A DNA stretch of 64,000 bases from Vicugna vicugna (Eukaryota). The stretch lies in the NCBI GenBank assembly GCA_013265495.1, contig MU058824.1, forward strand, positions 3,933,111 to 3,997,110. The letters are read 5' to 3'. This document shows, in pieces, positions 10,543-22,570 of this stretch. The notes beneath the pieces are model-generated. The model was not told where the DNA came from, did not search any database, and was given only the letters and a program-made list of their open reading frames with translations. The stretch's first letter is position 1, and every line of letters begins with the position of its first letter. Position numbers and translations under genes: made by a program.

Positions 10543-12544
10543 GTAAAAGCATCTTCCATTCACCACGTATTTCCTGAGGACCTGCTACACTGCAGGCAGG
10601 GTGCTGGGAACGCAGTGAGGAGTAGAAACTAACCAGTCCATGCTGTTGTGATCGCCACAACTTGGAAGACCATGACCAACTCAGCCTCCTGTCCAACCAC
10701 AGCTGGCCAGCTGGACAGGATATTTTTCACTTGCTGTGGACTGTTTGGCCCCTGTTTCAACCATGGGTCCAGGTAGCCAGATTTCTGGTAGGCAAATGCC
10801 CCTCAGAAACCAGAGCATCAAAGCAGGAGGCTAAGGGCTTACAGAAAGGGAACAGAGAAACCCAGGAATTTGAATTCTGTCCCACAGCTGCTCAGGACTG
10901 GCAAAGTACCTAGCTGGGGGGGATGGAGTAGAAGGATTGTAATAGGAAAGGAATACCAGCCTCAAACAAGATAGATGGAATGCATTGGGATGTAGGGGGA
11001 CCGAGGCAGAAGGCCTGTGGACTGGTGATACATTCCATGTCCTTTCTCTCCTCCCTACACTCCTGATCAGAGTCTCGAAAGTTGCTTCCCCAAGGCCACA
11101 GGTGAGCTTGTTTGTTTCTGGAGAGGATGGGGCTACTCTGAGCCTTGTCAGATGCAACTGCCCTTCAGCTCGAGGTTCTCAATGTTGCCTTATCTCAAAC
11201 TCCCTTTAGTTACCAGTTACCATGAAGAAGAATATTAGGCCACCCAAGTGAAAATCTTCTGGCTTGTCCCCCGATCCATTCGACATGCAAAGTCAGAGTG
11301 ATCGTTTTGAAAACACGTGGCCCTTCCTTTCCTGTAACTCTTCAGTGGCTTCCCAGTGTCATTTGGAAACAATCTAAACCCCTGAGAAGAGCCAAAGGAG
11401 TCCTGCATTGCCTACCCTCCTCTGCCCTCATCTTGGGCCTTCTCCTGCAGCCTGCTGCTCGGCCCTGGATGCAGCAAGCTCATTTCAGCTCCCGGGCCTT
11501 TTCCCATATTGTTCGCACCGCCTCGGGGACATCTTCAACCTCCACCGCCCTTTGTGTGTAGAATGGCTTTCTCTAGAAGTCACTGTGGACCGGCTCGGGC
11601 ACAAAGTACCAAGGAGCCCAAGAGAAGGGCTGCCTATCTCACCAGGCAGAAGGATCTGAAAGGCAAGCGTTGGCTACGGGTCTCAAATGCACCCTATCAG
11701 CTTCCTTGCCAGAGCTCACGACAGAAATACTTAGAAATACTTTAGGCTCACAGAATGCGCCTAAAGCTGGCACAGGTAGGGACTGGGGAAGGACAAACAT
11801 GTTTATAAGTCAAGTGAGGCCCCAGTCGACCCCCTACTATCCCTCAACACAGCACTGCCCGGATTCCCACTGCGACCCTCTCTCTCCTTGCTGGCCTCCC
11901 GATCGCCTCTCTCTAGACCCGGCTCCCTAAAACCTCACTGGATCAGGACCTTTAATTAGAGAAAATCTAGGGTCCTGCGCTGGCACTCGAGGCCCTAACC
12001 CTCTCCCACCCATCCCCTGCCACCCCCTGCCCTGAACTTTCCCCTCTAGCAACTTCAACTCATGTGGCTCCCACTCACCCCGTTGTTTCCTGCCTGCAGG
12101 CCTTTGACGCTGTTCCCTCCACATGCCTGTCCCCTCTCCACTGTCATCTTGACACTGCCCTGTCCCAGCCTGGGTCAGACGGCCCTCTCCAGGCACCCCT
12201 GGGCTCCCATCCCTGCACCCCCACCCTGCTTCATCTCAAACTGCCCATCACGCTCCCCTGACCTTCACAGAAACAGACTGGCTCATCCACCACCGCATCC
12301 CCAGTGCTAGGACGGGCCCCCACCCAGATCAGGAAACACCGTGAAAGGAACAAATGAATGGAGATAGTGAGAAGCTGGCCAGTCCAAAGGCAGCAGGACC
12401 CCACCAGGCTGGGCTTTCCTGCCTTTCAACAAATGGTGAACCCCTTCCCCATTCCAGGCCCTGGGCTTGGCGCTGAAACACTGAGTCAAGTAAGAGAACA
12501 ACCCAGCCTCAAGTTGCTGACAGGATTCCAATGAGCTCACAGGT

Positions 12545-12745
12545 ACAATGGTCAAAAACACAGGTTCAAATCCCATCCCTACCACTTACCAGCTGTGTGA
12601 CCTTGCATCAGTTTCCTTCCCTTTCTGTGCCTCAGTTTCTTTATCTACAAAATGAGGACAATAACAGCAGCTACCTCAGAGAGTGATTTGAAGAATACAA
12701 GGAAGTAATGTGAGAAATTGGTTAGAATAGTGCCTGGCCCATTAC
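12545..12745 (+). mobile_element. MIR SINE
   Basis: ggttcaaatccc...accacttaccagctgtgtgaccttg...ctgtgcctcagtttctttatctacaaaatgagga. Confidence 0.9.
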
Positions 12746-13429
12746 AAAGGCAAAAACCTTGTTACTTCTCCCAGCTTGTTCCTGGTCTCTGCCCTTGGAG
12801 CAGCCTCCCTCCAGTGGACACCCACACTCTCGTGCTCCTGGTCCCTCAGGGAGCCAGTGAGGCAGAGCCAAGGCAGCCCAGACTGAGAAGTCACCCAGAT
12901 GGGAACGCAAGACCTGGCTCCTCCACCTAGCTGTGCAATTTTGAGAGAGATACATGTGAAATGGACCATTTCCCCTAGAACCCAGCCAAGCATCCGTTTT
13001 CCCTTAGGACAAGTAGAGAGGGAAGGAATAACGGCTCTGCCTGCTTCACAGAGCCTTGTGAGGATAGATCAAGAGAGTGGGTGTAAAAGTCCTTTGTGGG
13101 CTGCAGAGAGATTATCCTAATCAGAGCACTGCATCCAGGGGGTCAGCTGGCCGGGCTGGACCAGACTCGTGTGTGCATGAGAGCATACACACTACACCGG
13201 AATCCTCAGACAGGAAGCCCCTGGCAGAAGGAGGGATGAGCAGGGGGTGATGGACTCCTAACACCTTTACAAGCAGGGCCTCAGGAGCTCTGGGGGCGCA
13301 TGCACCCTGGGGTGGCCCCATCCTCTAATTCCTGATGTTAACTTCTGGGGCCCTTCCCTCATGGGCCTGCCAAGCTCACCATGACAGTAAGTGCCACTCC
13401 TGAGGACTCACCCTGGCCGCCAGGCTGTT

Positions 13430-13650
13430 CCTGTGCCCTTGAATCTATTAAACGGAGCAAAGTGATTAATTATTTTACTGTCTTTATGGCATCAACTTTA
13501 ACTTGCTTCACATCCAGATTTCCAATTACATAAGCCCCAGTCTTAAACTCAGGAGGACATGTATTATTGAACTATTTATAATCAGAGTTTTTCAGAGCAG
13601 AAAAAGGTCTGCCAGGCAAGAGCTACACAACCAAAATTAATGATTCAGAG
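13430..13650. promoter_or_regulatory. Candidate AT-rich developmental enhancer
   Basis: TGATTAATTA, TTTATGG, CAATTA, MEF2-type CTATTTATAA (13572-13581) and AATTAATGA in 220 repeat-free bp within GC-rich surroundings. Confidence 0.3.
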
Positions 13651-13880
13651 ACCAGAGGACAATCTTTCCATAATCAGAGGAGTGGGGGATGCAGGCAGAA
13701 TAAGAACAGAGTGGTTGACTTTGAATCAAAGATGGCAAACCATTTTCCAATGAAGGGCACAGACACCCAAGGGGAAGACAAATCAAATGGGGGATGGGAG
13801 TCACAGGGACACGCCCATGCAAAATGCAGTCAAATTTAATTGAGGGAGCTAGTCTTTTTTTCGTTTAAAATACTTACGAA

Positions 13881-14399
13881 TTTTTAAATTGAGATATAAT
13901 TGACATAAAACATTGTATTAGTTTCAGGTATACAACAATGATTTGATAATTGTATACTCTGTGAAATGATCATCGCATTAAGTCTAGTTCACATCCATCA
14001 AATTTTTTTCTTGTGATGAGAACTTTTAAGATCTACTCTCCTGGCAACCTACAAATATACCATACAGTGTTAACTACAGTTACTGTACTGTACATTACAT
14101 CCCAGGACTTATTTATTTCACAACTGGAAGTTTATACCTTTTGAGCCCTTCTTTTACCCATTTCATTCACACCCCCCTATGGCAACCACCAATCTGTTCT
14201 CTGTATCTGCAAGTTCATTTTCTGTTCTGTTTTGTTTTGATATTCCACATATAAGTGAGATCATACACTACTTGTCTTTCTCTGCCTGATTTATTTCGCT
14301 AAGCATAATACCCTCAAGATCCATGTTGTCACAAATACCAAGATTACCTTTTTGGTTGAATAACATTCCATTGTGTACATATACATATACCACATTTTC
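13881..14399 (-). mobile_element. L1 3' UTR fragment (L1MA8/9-like laurasiatherian lineage)
   Basis: ttgagatataattgacata...ttgtgatgagaacttttaagatctactctc...ttccacatataagtgagatcata. Confidence 0.9.
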
Positions 14400-14409
14400 A
14401 GGGTATTTT

Positions 14410-14565
14410 TTAAAATTTTATCCTTTCAAAATAAAATTTTTGTTGGGGGGAGGTATTGGGTATATTTATTTACTTATTATTACTTTTTTAATGGAGGTAC
14501 TGGGGATTGAACCCAGGACCTTGTACATGCTAGGCATGCACTCTACCACTGAGCTATACCCTCTC
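14410..14565 (-). mobile_element. tRNA-Ala-derived SINE (vic-1-like)
   Basis: tggaggtactggggattgaacccaggaccttgtacatgctaggcatgcactctaccactgagctataccc with T-rich tail on the left; flanking direct repeat agggtatttt (14400, 14574). Confidence 0.9.
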
Positions 14566-14595
14566 TCCACTGGAGGGTATTTTGAAGAGAAATGA

Positions 14596-15230
14596 TGTAA
14601 CCTGGGTTACCTCAGTCACACCAACTCTGCGTTTAAAAGTGAGGTGATATCACTACCAATTAACCATTGTGCCCACTCCACCTGATAACTCCAAATATCT
14701 GCTTCTAGCACTTTCTTAATTAGTTCTGGAAAACTCATGTATTTTTACCAGCAAGTCCTATCCACTACCGCTTCATCTCCTCCTTCAGCTCCTGCCAAGT
14801 CATGGGACAATACCCACAACAGCCTCAGGGCCACCTTTAAGCCACCTTCCACTGGGGAGTGCCATCTCCACCATGGATGTGCTGGAACATCCTAAGTGGT
14901 CCACAACCTGTCTGTGTCCCCGTGGGGACTGCTTCTCCCCTACTTTAGTGTTGCAAGGAGGCTTGTGTTTCGACAATTTGCAGAGGTTTTATTAGAATAG
15001 ACCTTTCTATGTTTACCCACTGCAACTCCCTCCTCACAGGCCCCAGACATGAGTCCATGGTGGACTCAGACCAGGAGAATGTTTCTCTGACAGATATTCC
15101 TCCTTGCTGATGACTCTAGGCCTGTTGCCATGCTGAGTTTGTCAGCTCGGCTTCCTCAGTACACAGGCAGATTCCTGGCAGACCCTTCAATCAATCACCC
15201 AGACAGGCTCAGCTTAGGATCAAGCCAGAT
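14596..15230 (-). mobile_element. Possible ancient Gypsy-like solo LTR
   Basis: Minus strand would end ...ggttaca and carries AATAAA (tttatt ~14988); composition resembles MamGypLTR/LTR8x; family not firmly recognised. Confidence 0.25.
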
Positions 15231-15289
15231 CCCTGCTTCAGGAACATAGAGGGACAGGAGTAGGGAGGTCACTCCTGTTTGCTGAGCTC

Positions 15290-15490
15290 CAGTTCCGTGC
15301 CAAGCATCAGACAGGCTGTGTCCTCACAGAAACCCACTAGGCTAATGCCTTCAGCCCCATTTCGCAGATAATGAAACTGCAGCTCAAAGAGGTTAAGTAA
15401 CTTTCTCAAGATTTCACAGCTAGTAGGTGGTACCAGGTTCTACCAGGACCCATTCCAGGTCTTGGATGCCAAGATTCAGTTATCACTCTC
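15290..15490 (-). mobile_element. MIR SINE
   Basis: ccccatttcgcagataatgaaactgcagctcaaagaggttaagtaac. Confidence 0.8.
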
Positions 15491-15759
15491 CCTCCTACTG
15501 CTTGTTTAAAAACATATAACTTGACAATCCATTACCAGGACTTTGTCTAGAAAAAACTGTTCCAACACAGAAGACATAAATGTTGTGTTTGTTTTCCGCA
15601 AGGGGCGCAAAGGAAAAGACTATCACCAACAAACCCAGGCGCGAGTTTGTTCCCTCCTGGGAACAAGCAGCCTGTTTGCTGAAGTAAAGCTGCAGTCTTA
15701 ACCAGATGACCCTAGAAAAGGCACCACGTCGTTTTCTAAAGTCTTTTTTTTTTTCTTAA

Positions 15760-16410
15760 TACTAGAGACTGGCCAGCTGTTCATGAAACCTCTTTCCATG
15801 AAGAGCATGAAGCTGGACTACATTTCCCAGTCTTCCTTGCAGTTGGGTGTGGCCACGTCCATGGTTCTAGCCAATGAAATGAGAGCAGAGCCCTGTTCTC
15901 TAGTTACAGCTCTGGTCCATGAGAACCTCCCCACATGACTCTCCATGCTCTTTCCCTTTTCATCAGTTTGATGAGAATAAGTGTCAAGACCTTGGAAACC
16001 TCAGACTGAGGGTGGTGGAGGCTGAGTCCCTGAACTAGCTTGGTAGGAGACGACAACTTACCTATCTAGAATTGCCAGAATTAGCAAAAACAAAACCGAG
16101 AACACCCAGTTACATGTGAATTTCAAATAAACAATGAATAATGTTTAGTATAATATGTTGGGAACAAACTGAGCAGAGAGGCAACCCCAGTCATCTTTCT
16201 GTATCAGCTCTGAGCCCTTAGGATCACTGGGTAGAGAGTTATCATTTGCGACCCATTTAGACTAAAAAATTATTCGTTGTTTATCTGAAACTCAAATTTA
16301 ACTAACTGTCTTATATTTTATCTGGTAACCCTACACTTGTCAAAACACCTGTCTGGCATGGAGTGAGACACAAATGTCTGTTGTGTTTGAGCCATTACAT
16401 ATTTGGGCTA
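15760..16410 (+). mobile_element. MaLR MLT1 (H/I/J-class) LTR, interrupted by MER53
   Basis: actacatttcccagtcttccttgcagttgggtgtggccacgt...ttctagccaatgaaatgagagcag; resumes after 16333 with gagtgagacacaaat...tttgagccatt. Confidence 0.75.
16067..16333. mobile_element. MER53 palindromic hAT MITE with ~85 bp central insertion
   Basis: TIRs tagaattgccaga / tctggtaacccta; long complementary arms; decayed 8 bp TSD tacctatc / cacttgtc. Confidence 0.85.
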
Positions 16411-16743
16411 GGCTGGGAATGCAATCACTACTTCCAGCCTTGTTGCTCCAGACCTGAGACTCACTCCTTCAGAAAAGACCCCCTTGGGAACCTCGCACTC
16501 CAGGGATGGCAGGTGAGGCCTGAGCTCAGTGCTCAGATGTTCATTTCCAGCATGCCCATCACTCACCTGCTCCTGGAAATGCTCCTGTTAGGCTCCTCTG
16601 GAGCCATTACCGTTCGTCATGTTTATCTGTGTTTAGGTGCGGTGGGGATTCACATACCTCGACCTGTCTTTGCTCATAAAGCAATGGCCCAAAAAATGGT
16701 AATGACGCCTCTGACGCTGCTGCGTTACTGCATTCTTTACATG

Positions 16744-16930
16744 TAAGGTTGCTAGATTTGGCAAGTAAAAGCACAGGAAGCACAGCTAAGTCTGAATTAC
16801 AGATAAACAACAAATAATTGTTAAAGTGGGGGCTTATTATTTGGGACATGCCTATACTAAAAAAAAGTTATTCATTTTTATCTGAAATTTAAGTTTAACA
16901 GGGCTTCCTGTATTTTAACTCACAACTCCT
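16744..16930. mobile_element. MER53 palindromic hAT MITE (second copy)
   Basis: taaggttgctagatttggcaagtaaaa...ttgggacatgcctatactaaaaaa...tatctgaaatttaagtttaacagggcttcctgtatttt. Confidence 0.85.
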
Positions 16931-17019
16931 GGTGCACTGGGTCACACCCAGCTAGAGAGTTTTCACAGATAGGCAGGAACTGGGGGTTGGGAGCCTCTCT
17001 CTCCTTAGCCAGATTCCAA

Positions 17020-17335
17020 CCTCTCTTTCTCTGACTTCTGCACCCACATTCCCTTCCACAAAGCTCCTTGCTTTTCCCTAAACACACACTTTCCCATCTC
17101 CAGGCCTTTGGCCGCAGTGTTTCCTCTGCCTGGATTATCTGTTCCTCTGTCTACCTTCCCGTTCCTTCAAAGCCATGGCCACCTTCTCCAAAACATGCCA
17201 TGCTTCCCAGCCAATGGATTCCTCCCCTCCATCCTTCAACAGCCCATGTCTACCACTCTCTTAGGACCATGAACACTTCCACTGGAGCAGATGCTGGGTG
17301 CCAAGCTCTGCGTGGGGCACAGTCTCGGGACCGTG
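17020..17335 (+). mobile_element. L2 fragment
   Basis: caggcctttggccgcagtgtttcctctgcctgga L2 motif and decayed 3' end. Confidence 0.55.
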
Positions 17336-17439
17336 TGTGGCTCTGCACATGTGTGACTATACATGTACCTGTGGAAATGTGCACATGAGCTTGGGTGGGG
17401 ATGAAGTGGGAATATTCTTCAACGTTTCTATTAAAATTA

Positions 17440-17695
17440 GCCTCCTCATGTACTCTGGGGAAATAGCGATCTGCACAAGATTATGTATAAGGAAACTCAT
17501 CCTGGCATTTTTTTATGAGAGTGGAAAAAAAAAAAAAGAAAGAAAACAACCTGAACATCCAACAATAGGGAAATGGTTCCATTAGGAAACTCATATACAA
17601 TGAAATGTGGTGCGGTCATTAAAAATGATGAAGGAATATATACTGACAGTGGTAAATATGCATGATGTCTAAAAGAAGTTAATAAAACAGATATG
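17440..17695 (+). mobile_element. Old L1 (L1ME-like) fragment
   Basis: aaacaacctgaacatccaacaatagggaaatggtt...catatacaatgaaat...cattaaaaatgatg. Confidence 0.7.
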
Positions 17696-17714
17696 CTAGT
17701 GCTCTAAATTTAAT

Positions 17715-18495
17715 ATCCCTGGGAATTTGAAATATTAATTGGTTTGTTCTTATTGTCCCTCCTGAACCCCTGTTACCCCATGACCTTCACCCCACAGAGA
17801 GAGCATGTCATGCCCCAGCCCACTCCCATCATTACCCCAGAGGATAGTTGTCAGAATAGGAAAAAATAATAGAAGTCCCAGGTTCTCAGGTTTTAAGTTC
17901 AGGAGCCGTGACCCAGGTGTAGGATAGACAAGTTAAGAGGAGGGCCTGCTCTGCCAGGTACCCCCTGCCCACTCAGACTAGAGAAAAGGCACTCAGGCCT
18001 GGGGTGGGGAGAGGGAGTTTGCAGGTAAGGCTAGGGATCAGGTGCTAGTGTTGGAAGAGCCCTGAGCCCTGCCACCTATCCACTTTGGGCCAAATCTCAC
18101 AGGAGGGGAGGAGATGCGGGGAGCCCCAGATTAAGTGTGGAGACCCCAGAGCAGAGAACCTCAGTGCCTACACAGAGCTGTCGAGGAGGCGGCTGCTGAA
18201 GATCAGATGGAGATGTGGTGCATTGCGACAGGAGAGGCCAGTACTGCCCCAACCGACATGTGATTTTCTGCAGCCCCAAACTGCCTAGTAGGGCATTCAG
18301 AAAATTCTCTCGGCTCCCAAGCGGGGCACTCAGGTTGACTGGAAGGGTGTGGGTCAGCCAGAGTGTCATGGCCAGGATGGCCCTCAGGGGTGAGTGCACC
18401 ACATTCAGTGGGTTTCAGCCCAACAGGGCCCACCCAGCCAGGCTGGAAGGGGCAAGGGGCATCTGGAGCAGGGAGATCAAGGCAGAGTAACTGTG
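17715..18495 (+). mobile_element. Probable ancient Gypsy-like LTR (MamGypLTR-type)
   Basis: Start gaatttgaaatattaattggtttgttc...cattaccccagagga resembles remembered MamGypLTR 5' ends, followed by a purine-rich body; low certainty. Confidence 0.35.
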
Positions 18496-19502
18496 GCTTC
18501 CCCACCTTTTAGAATCAACCCAGAAGGTTAGAAAGAAAACCCTAATGGGGAAGCAATCCTGAGCTCTAAAATCTGAAGTCACTGAGAAATCCCTGAGTAA
18601 TAATGACTTCAGGGGGAAAACATTAAACTGACTTTTCTGCATCAGGCAGAACAAGGGCACAAGAAAAAGGAAAAGCCCACTTAAAGGACAAATAAAGGTA
18701 CATCTGGGAGCATCTACCCTGAGCTATGAAATTCCTTCCCACAGAGCGCACACACACTCTCGTCAGGCTAGAAGACCCAGCCTCAAATGGTAACATCACT
18801 TAACAACACCTAGGGATGGCATGATCCCTGTCTTGAGGTTCTTCTGTGGGCTTTTTCTGAATTACTAGGACCCCCTCAGTAGTGTCCCTGGAATTCTTCT
18901 GGTATGACATCAGGATAGACCACCCTGACTGTCCAATCCCAGCCCCCAGGAGCAGGTGTGGTCACCCCTGAGGCCAATTCCCAGGAGTGAGTTTTCCAGA
19001 AAAGTTGTCTCTCTGAACATCTCATCTTTCCCACTCATCACCCTAACAACCTACATCCTCCTAATAAGAAATGGAAGGTATTAGCAAGAGAAGCTGGAGG
19101 AATAAATCTAAAAATGTGACCTTCATCCCCAATTCAGAAATGTTTGCTTTCCAGGATCTTGGCCACTGACCTTGTGTAACCACATATCACCTCATTCCAT
19201 CATGGTCAGAGGCCTTCAGAGCCATCAGGATCATTCCTAAAGCCTAGTCTTAGGAGAGAAGTCAAATACCAACATTGTGTAGAATTATGCACGTGGGGAA
19301 GGTGACAAATCTCAGCTCAGACCATTTCATTCTCCCTCAGTCTCAAAAAAAGGACACAAAGTGTCCTGAAATGAAGAGAATGCACAATAATAAGAGTAAA
19401 GCTCTTCTATTGAAACAGGGACTCTCAGCTCTGGCTAGTTACTCCATGCATTTTATCATTTCATCCCTACAATGACCCATGAATGGGTACTCTTCTTACC
19501 AC

Positions 19503-19600
19503 TAAGTGCCTGTCCATCCTGGTCTTCCAGAACAATCCTGGTTTATGCCTGTTGTCCCCACGTCATGTCCCAGTCTGAATGACCAAAATAGCCACTCTAA
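19503..19600 (-). mobile_element. MER94-like hAT-Blackjack MITE inside a MIR
   Basis: atcctggtttatgcctgttgtcccc is the reverse of the MER94 core; MIR sequence flanks both sides (~19390-19500, ~19600-19720). Confidence 0.6.
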
Positions 19601-21899
19601 TTATTATGCCCCTTTTATAGATGAGGCCATGGAGGCTCAGAGAAGTGAAGAAACTTCCTCCAGGTCACACAGCTAGAATGTGGGGTTTAGAGCTGGGACT
19701 GGTCTGTCTGACTCTGGAGGGTTCAGGTTGTTAATGAGCAACAGAGAAGTACACGGTCAGGAGAAACAGGCAGACAGGGGAAACATGAGAAATCACCCCC
19801 CTTTCAGCTTCATTTTCCCAATATTTCAAATGTTTATCCATTTTACATATCTCCCTATAAAAATAAAAACAATATGGCTTTGATGGAGAAGCTCCTGCAG
19901 ACAAGGAAAGTGCTTATTAGAGGGGCAGTGCCTCCTTCATTCTGCTCAGGGAGTGTCTGGCCAGGTGCCTCAGAGCCCTGGTTATCTGGGTAGCACCTTC
20001 TGCATTTGCTGTTGGTGGGGTGGGCAGAGATGCAGCCGAAAGGGCTTCTGGTCCCTCCACACTCCCTCTCTGAGCCACATCTCCTCATCTGTGAAATGAG
20101 CATGATAATCCAGGTCCTACCTGCCTCCCAGAGTTTCACCAAGGGAACCTGAGGGGACAAGCTAGATTCAATGATATTTTCTAGAAGCTCAGGGCACAGA
20201 GGCCAACCAAGCTGTCAGCATCCCTCTACCCAATGGACATTGCTCAACTCCTGTGAGGTGGTCATGGGGCCCCATGCCCAGAGCAGGCCCAGCTCACAGC
20301 TGTGGGCTTGGGTTGCTATAGATGTCCCTACTCCATCCTCTATTTTTCATCCCCTCATAGGACCATCAAGTAAATTAAAATGTCATCATTGCCTGAGAGA
20401 AAAAGAAAACTATAGTGCTCAGCTCAGGGTGTATTGATCACGTTCCAGGCCAGAGACCCCAGACCCAGTGGGGAAAGTGGAAATGGAGCTGAAAGGAAGC
20501 ACTGACAAGGGACCCTGTGGTGCAGGAAAGGAGATATTTCCACCTGCAGACCCTCCACGGACCCTGGCCCAGCTGAGCTGAGGCAGTGCATGCACCAGCA
20601 CCCAAGTCTCCTCGGGAAGACAGAACCTTTCTCAAGGGGTGCCTTCTCCACTTCTTTTTGTCCCTAAAGAAGAAAACTGAAAAACTCCTGAGGATTCCTT
20701 GTTCTGAAATGATGGATGAACAGAGGGGGCCTCTGGGTCTCTGCGGGAGGAGGACCCCCATGAGACTGTTTGTCCCATAACTTCTATAAACAGCAGGCCA
20801 GGCTGAGCTGAGCAGTGGATGGAGCACTGGCTTATCCAGAGACCCAGCTCTGGAACATAGAATCTGCATGACTTCTGAGCCTCAGTTTCCTCATCCATGA
20901 AATGGGAATGTTAAAAACAAGCTTTGCCTACATCGCAGAATGACAAAGCCTCTCGAGTCCACTAACAGGTAGGGAAACCAAGGCCCAGAGGAAGGAGTTG
21001 AGTGACTCACCTACTCACTAGCCCAGCGCCTTCTCCTTTTTCTCTTCTCCTGTTCTCATACTCTTAAAAGAGATACTCTGTTACCCTATACCCAGAACAC
21101 TGTTCCTGTCATATCTGGCACTTGATTCAAATTAATTCACACAGAAAGTCTTTGGAGCCATTTTTGTCCACCAAAGAGGGGTGCCCAGTTTCTGCTCTCT
21201 CCACTCACAGATCCCTCACAGACATTCAAACACCAGTTCACCCTGATCTCCCTTTCTCATCTGTGGGTGACCTGAGGTCAGGCTTTGCAGATTCCAGGGC
21301 CACTGCAAGGGGGTGGCTCAGAAGCAGCCCAGTGCTCTTCCTAACCCAGCTTCTCAAAGGTGCATCTCTCTCCCCCTAAAGAAGCCAGGCGAACAAGGGG
21401 ACACCATTTACAGACAACCCTTACCAGCGACAAGAGCAGGGAAATGACCTTCATAGGAATCCCTGGTAGTAACATTTCAGCCCTGGCCTGCGACAGGCTC
21501 CACTGACTCCTGGACATAAATTACTTGTTCATTATCAGGCCCTGACATGAGGAAGGATGTCGGCAGCTTGATTGTGCCTGTGTCCTGTAGCAGGCGGCCG
21601 CAGGCTGGGCTGCCACTGTCCATGGTGCTGTTTTACTCGGGCTGGGGCTGCTGCCTTCGTTGCCAGGCCGGCTCAGGTCTCATGCCATCCACCAGCTTTG
21701 TGCCTCATGCAGGCAACCTTAGATTTTGGGTTGAGTGGCAGGAAGATACACAAGTCCTCATGACAAGGTGGCCAGAGCTAAATGGAGATGGAAATTCAGT
21801 ACCGATGTCAAGCCGCACAGAGCCTGACTTGAGTTAATTCTGAGAGCTACTACTTATTAAGCCCCTGCTATAACCCATGTAGTGTGTTAAATATATTTA

Positions 21900-22330
21900 T
21901 ATGAGTTGGAATCCTTTGGTTACAAGTGACAGAAACCCAGCTCCAACCAGCTTAATCCAAAAGGGAAATGTTATGAGCATTCACTCAAATAGCAAAACCA
22001 CAGGAAAGACAGGGATGGCACTGGACTAAGAGATTATTGGAGCCAGGGATTCAAGCATAATCAGTGCTCTCTCTCTCCACTTCTCTGCTTCTCTCCAAGC
22101 TGGTTTTTTCTGATGAGTCAGCTGTCTCCCCAAGGCCAGAACCATGCCTGTAGGCAACTTCAAGCTTACATCTATGTCTTTACAACAGAGAGGAAAGAGG
22201 CCTTCTTTCCCAGGTAGAGTACAAAATCCCAGTGACGGGCTCTGATTAGCTTCACTTGGTCACATGCTCTGGCCAGAGAGGTGCAGACCTACGACCTGCA
22301 GCCCTGAAAACAAGGAGCACTTCTCAAGAA
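21900..22330 (-). mobile_element. MaLR MLT1 (K/L-class) LTR
   Basis: gttggaatcctttggttacaagtgacagaaacccagctccaaccagcttaa and ctctgattagcttcacttggtcacatgc. Confidence 0.75.
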
Positions 22331-22379
22331 TGGAGGATGCTCACCTGAGCAGAAACACTATAAAGGTTCATCAGACATT

Positions 22380-22570
22380 ACCTACATTATCTCATTATTC
22401 CTCACAGGCACCTGGGAAACAGGCATTATTATAATCCCCACTTTGCAGCTGAGGAAACTGAGGCCAGAAAGATCAAATGATTTGCCCAGTGTCACCCAGC
22501 TAGAAAGTGGCAGAGCCAGGGATCGGATCCAGGGCAGCTGGACCCCAAAGCCCCTGCTCTTCACCTCCAC
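22380..22570 (-). mobile_element. MIR SINE
   Basis: attataatccccactttgcagctgaggaaactgaggccaga...ttgcccagtgtcacccagctagaaagtggcagagcc. Confidence 0.9.

Noticed and set aside
20566..20827. Imperfect ~25 bp direct repeat (ggcc..gctgagctgag.cagtg) ~230 bp apart
   Set aside because: Only two short degenerate copies, the second overlapping a MIR head; consistent with chance and not an array.
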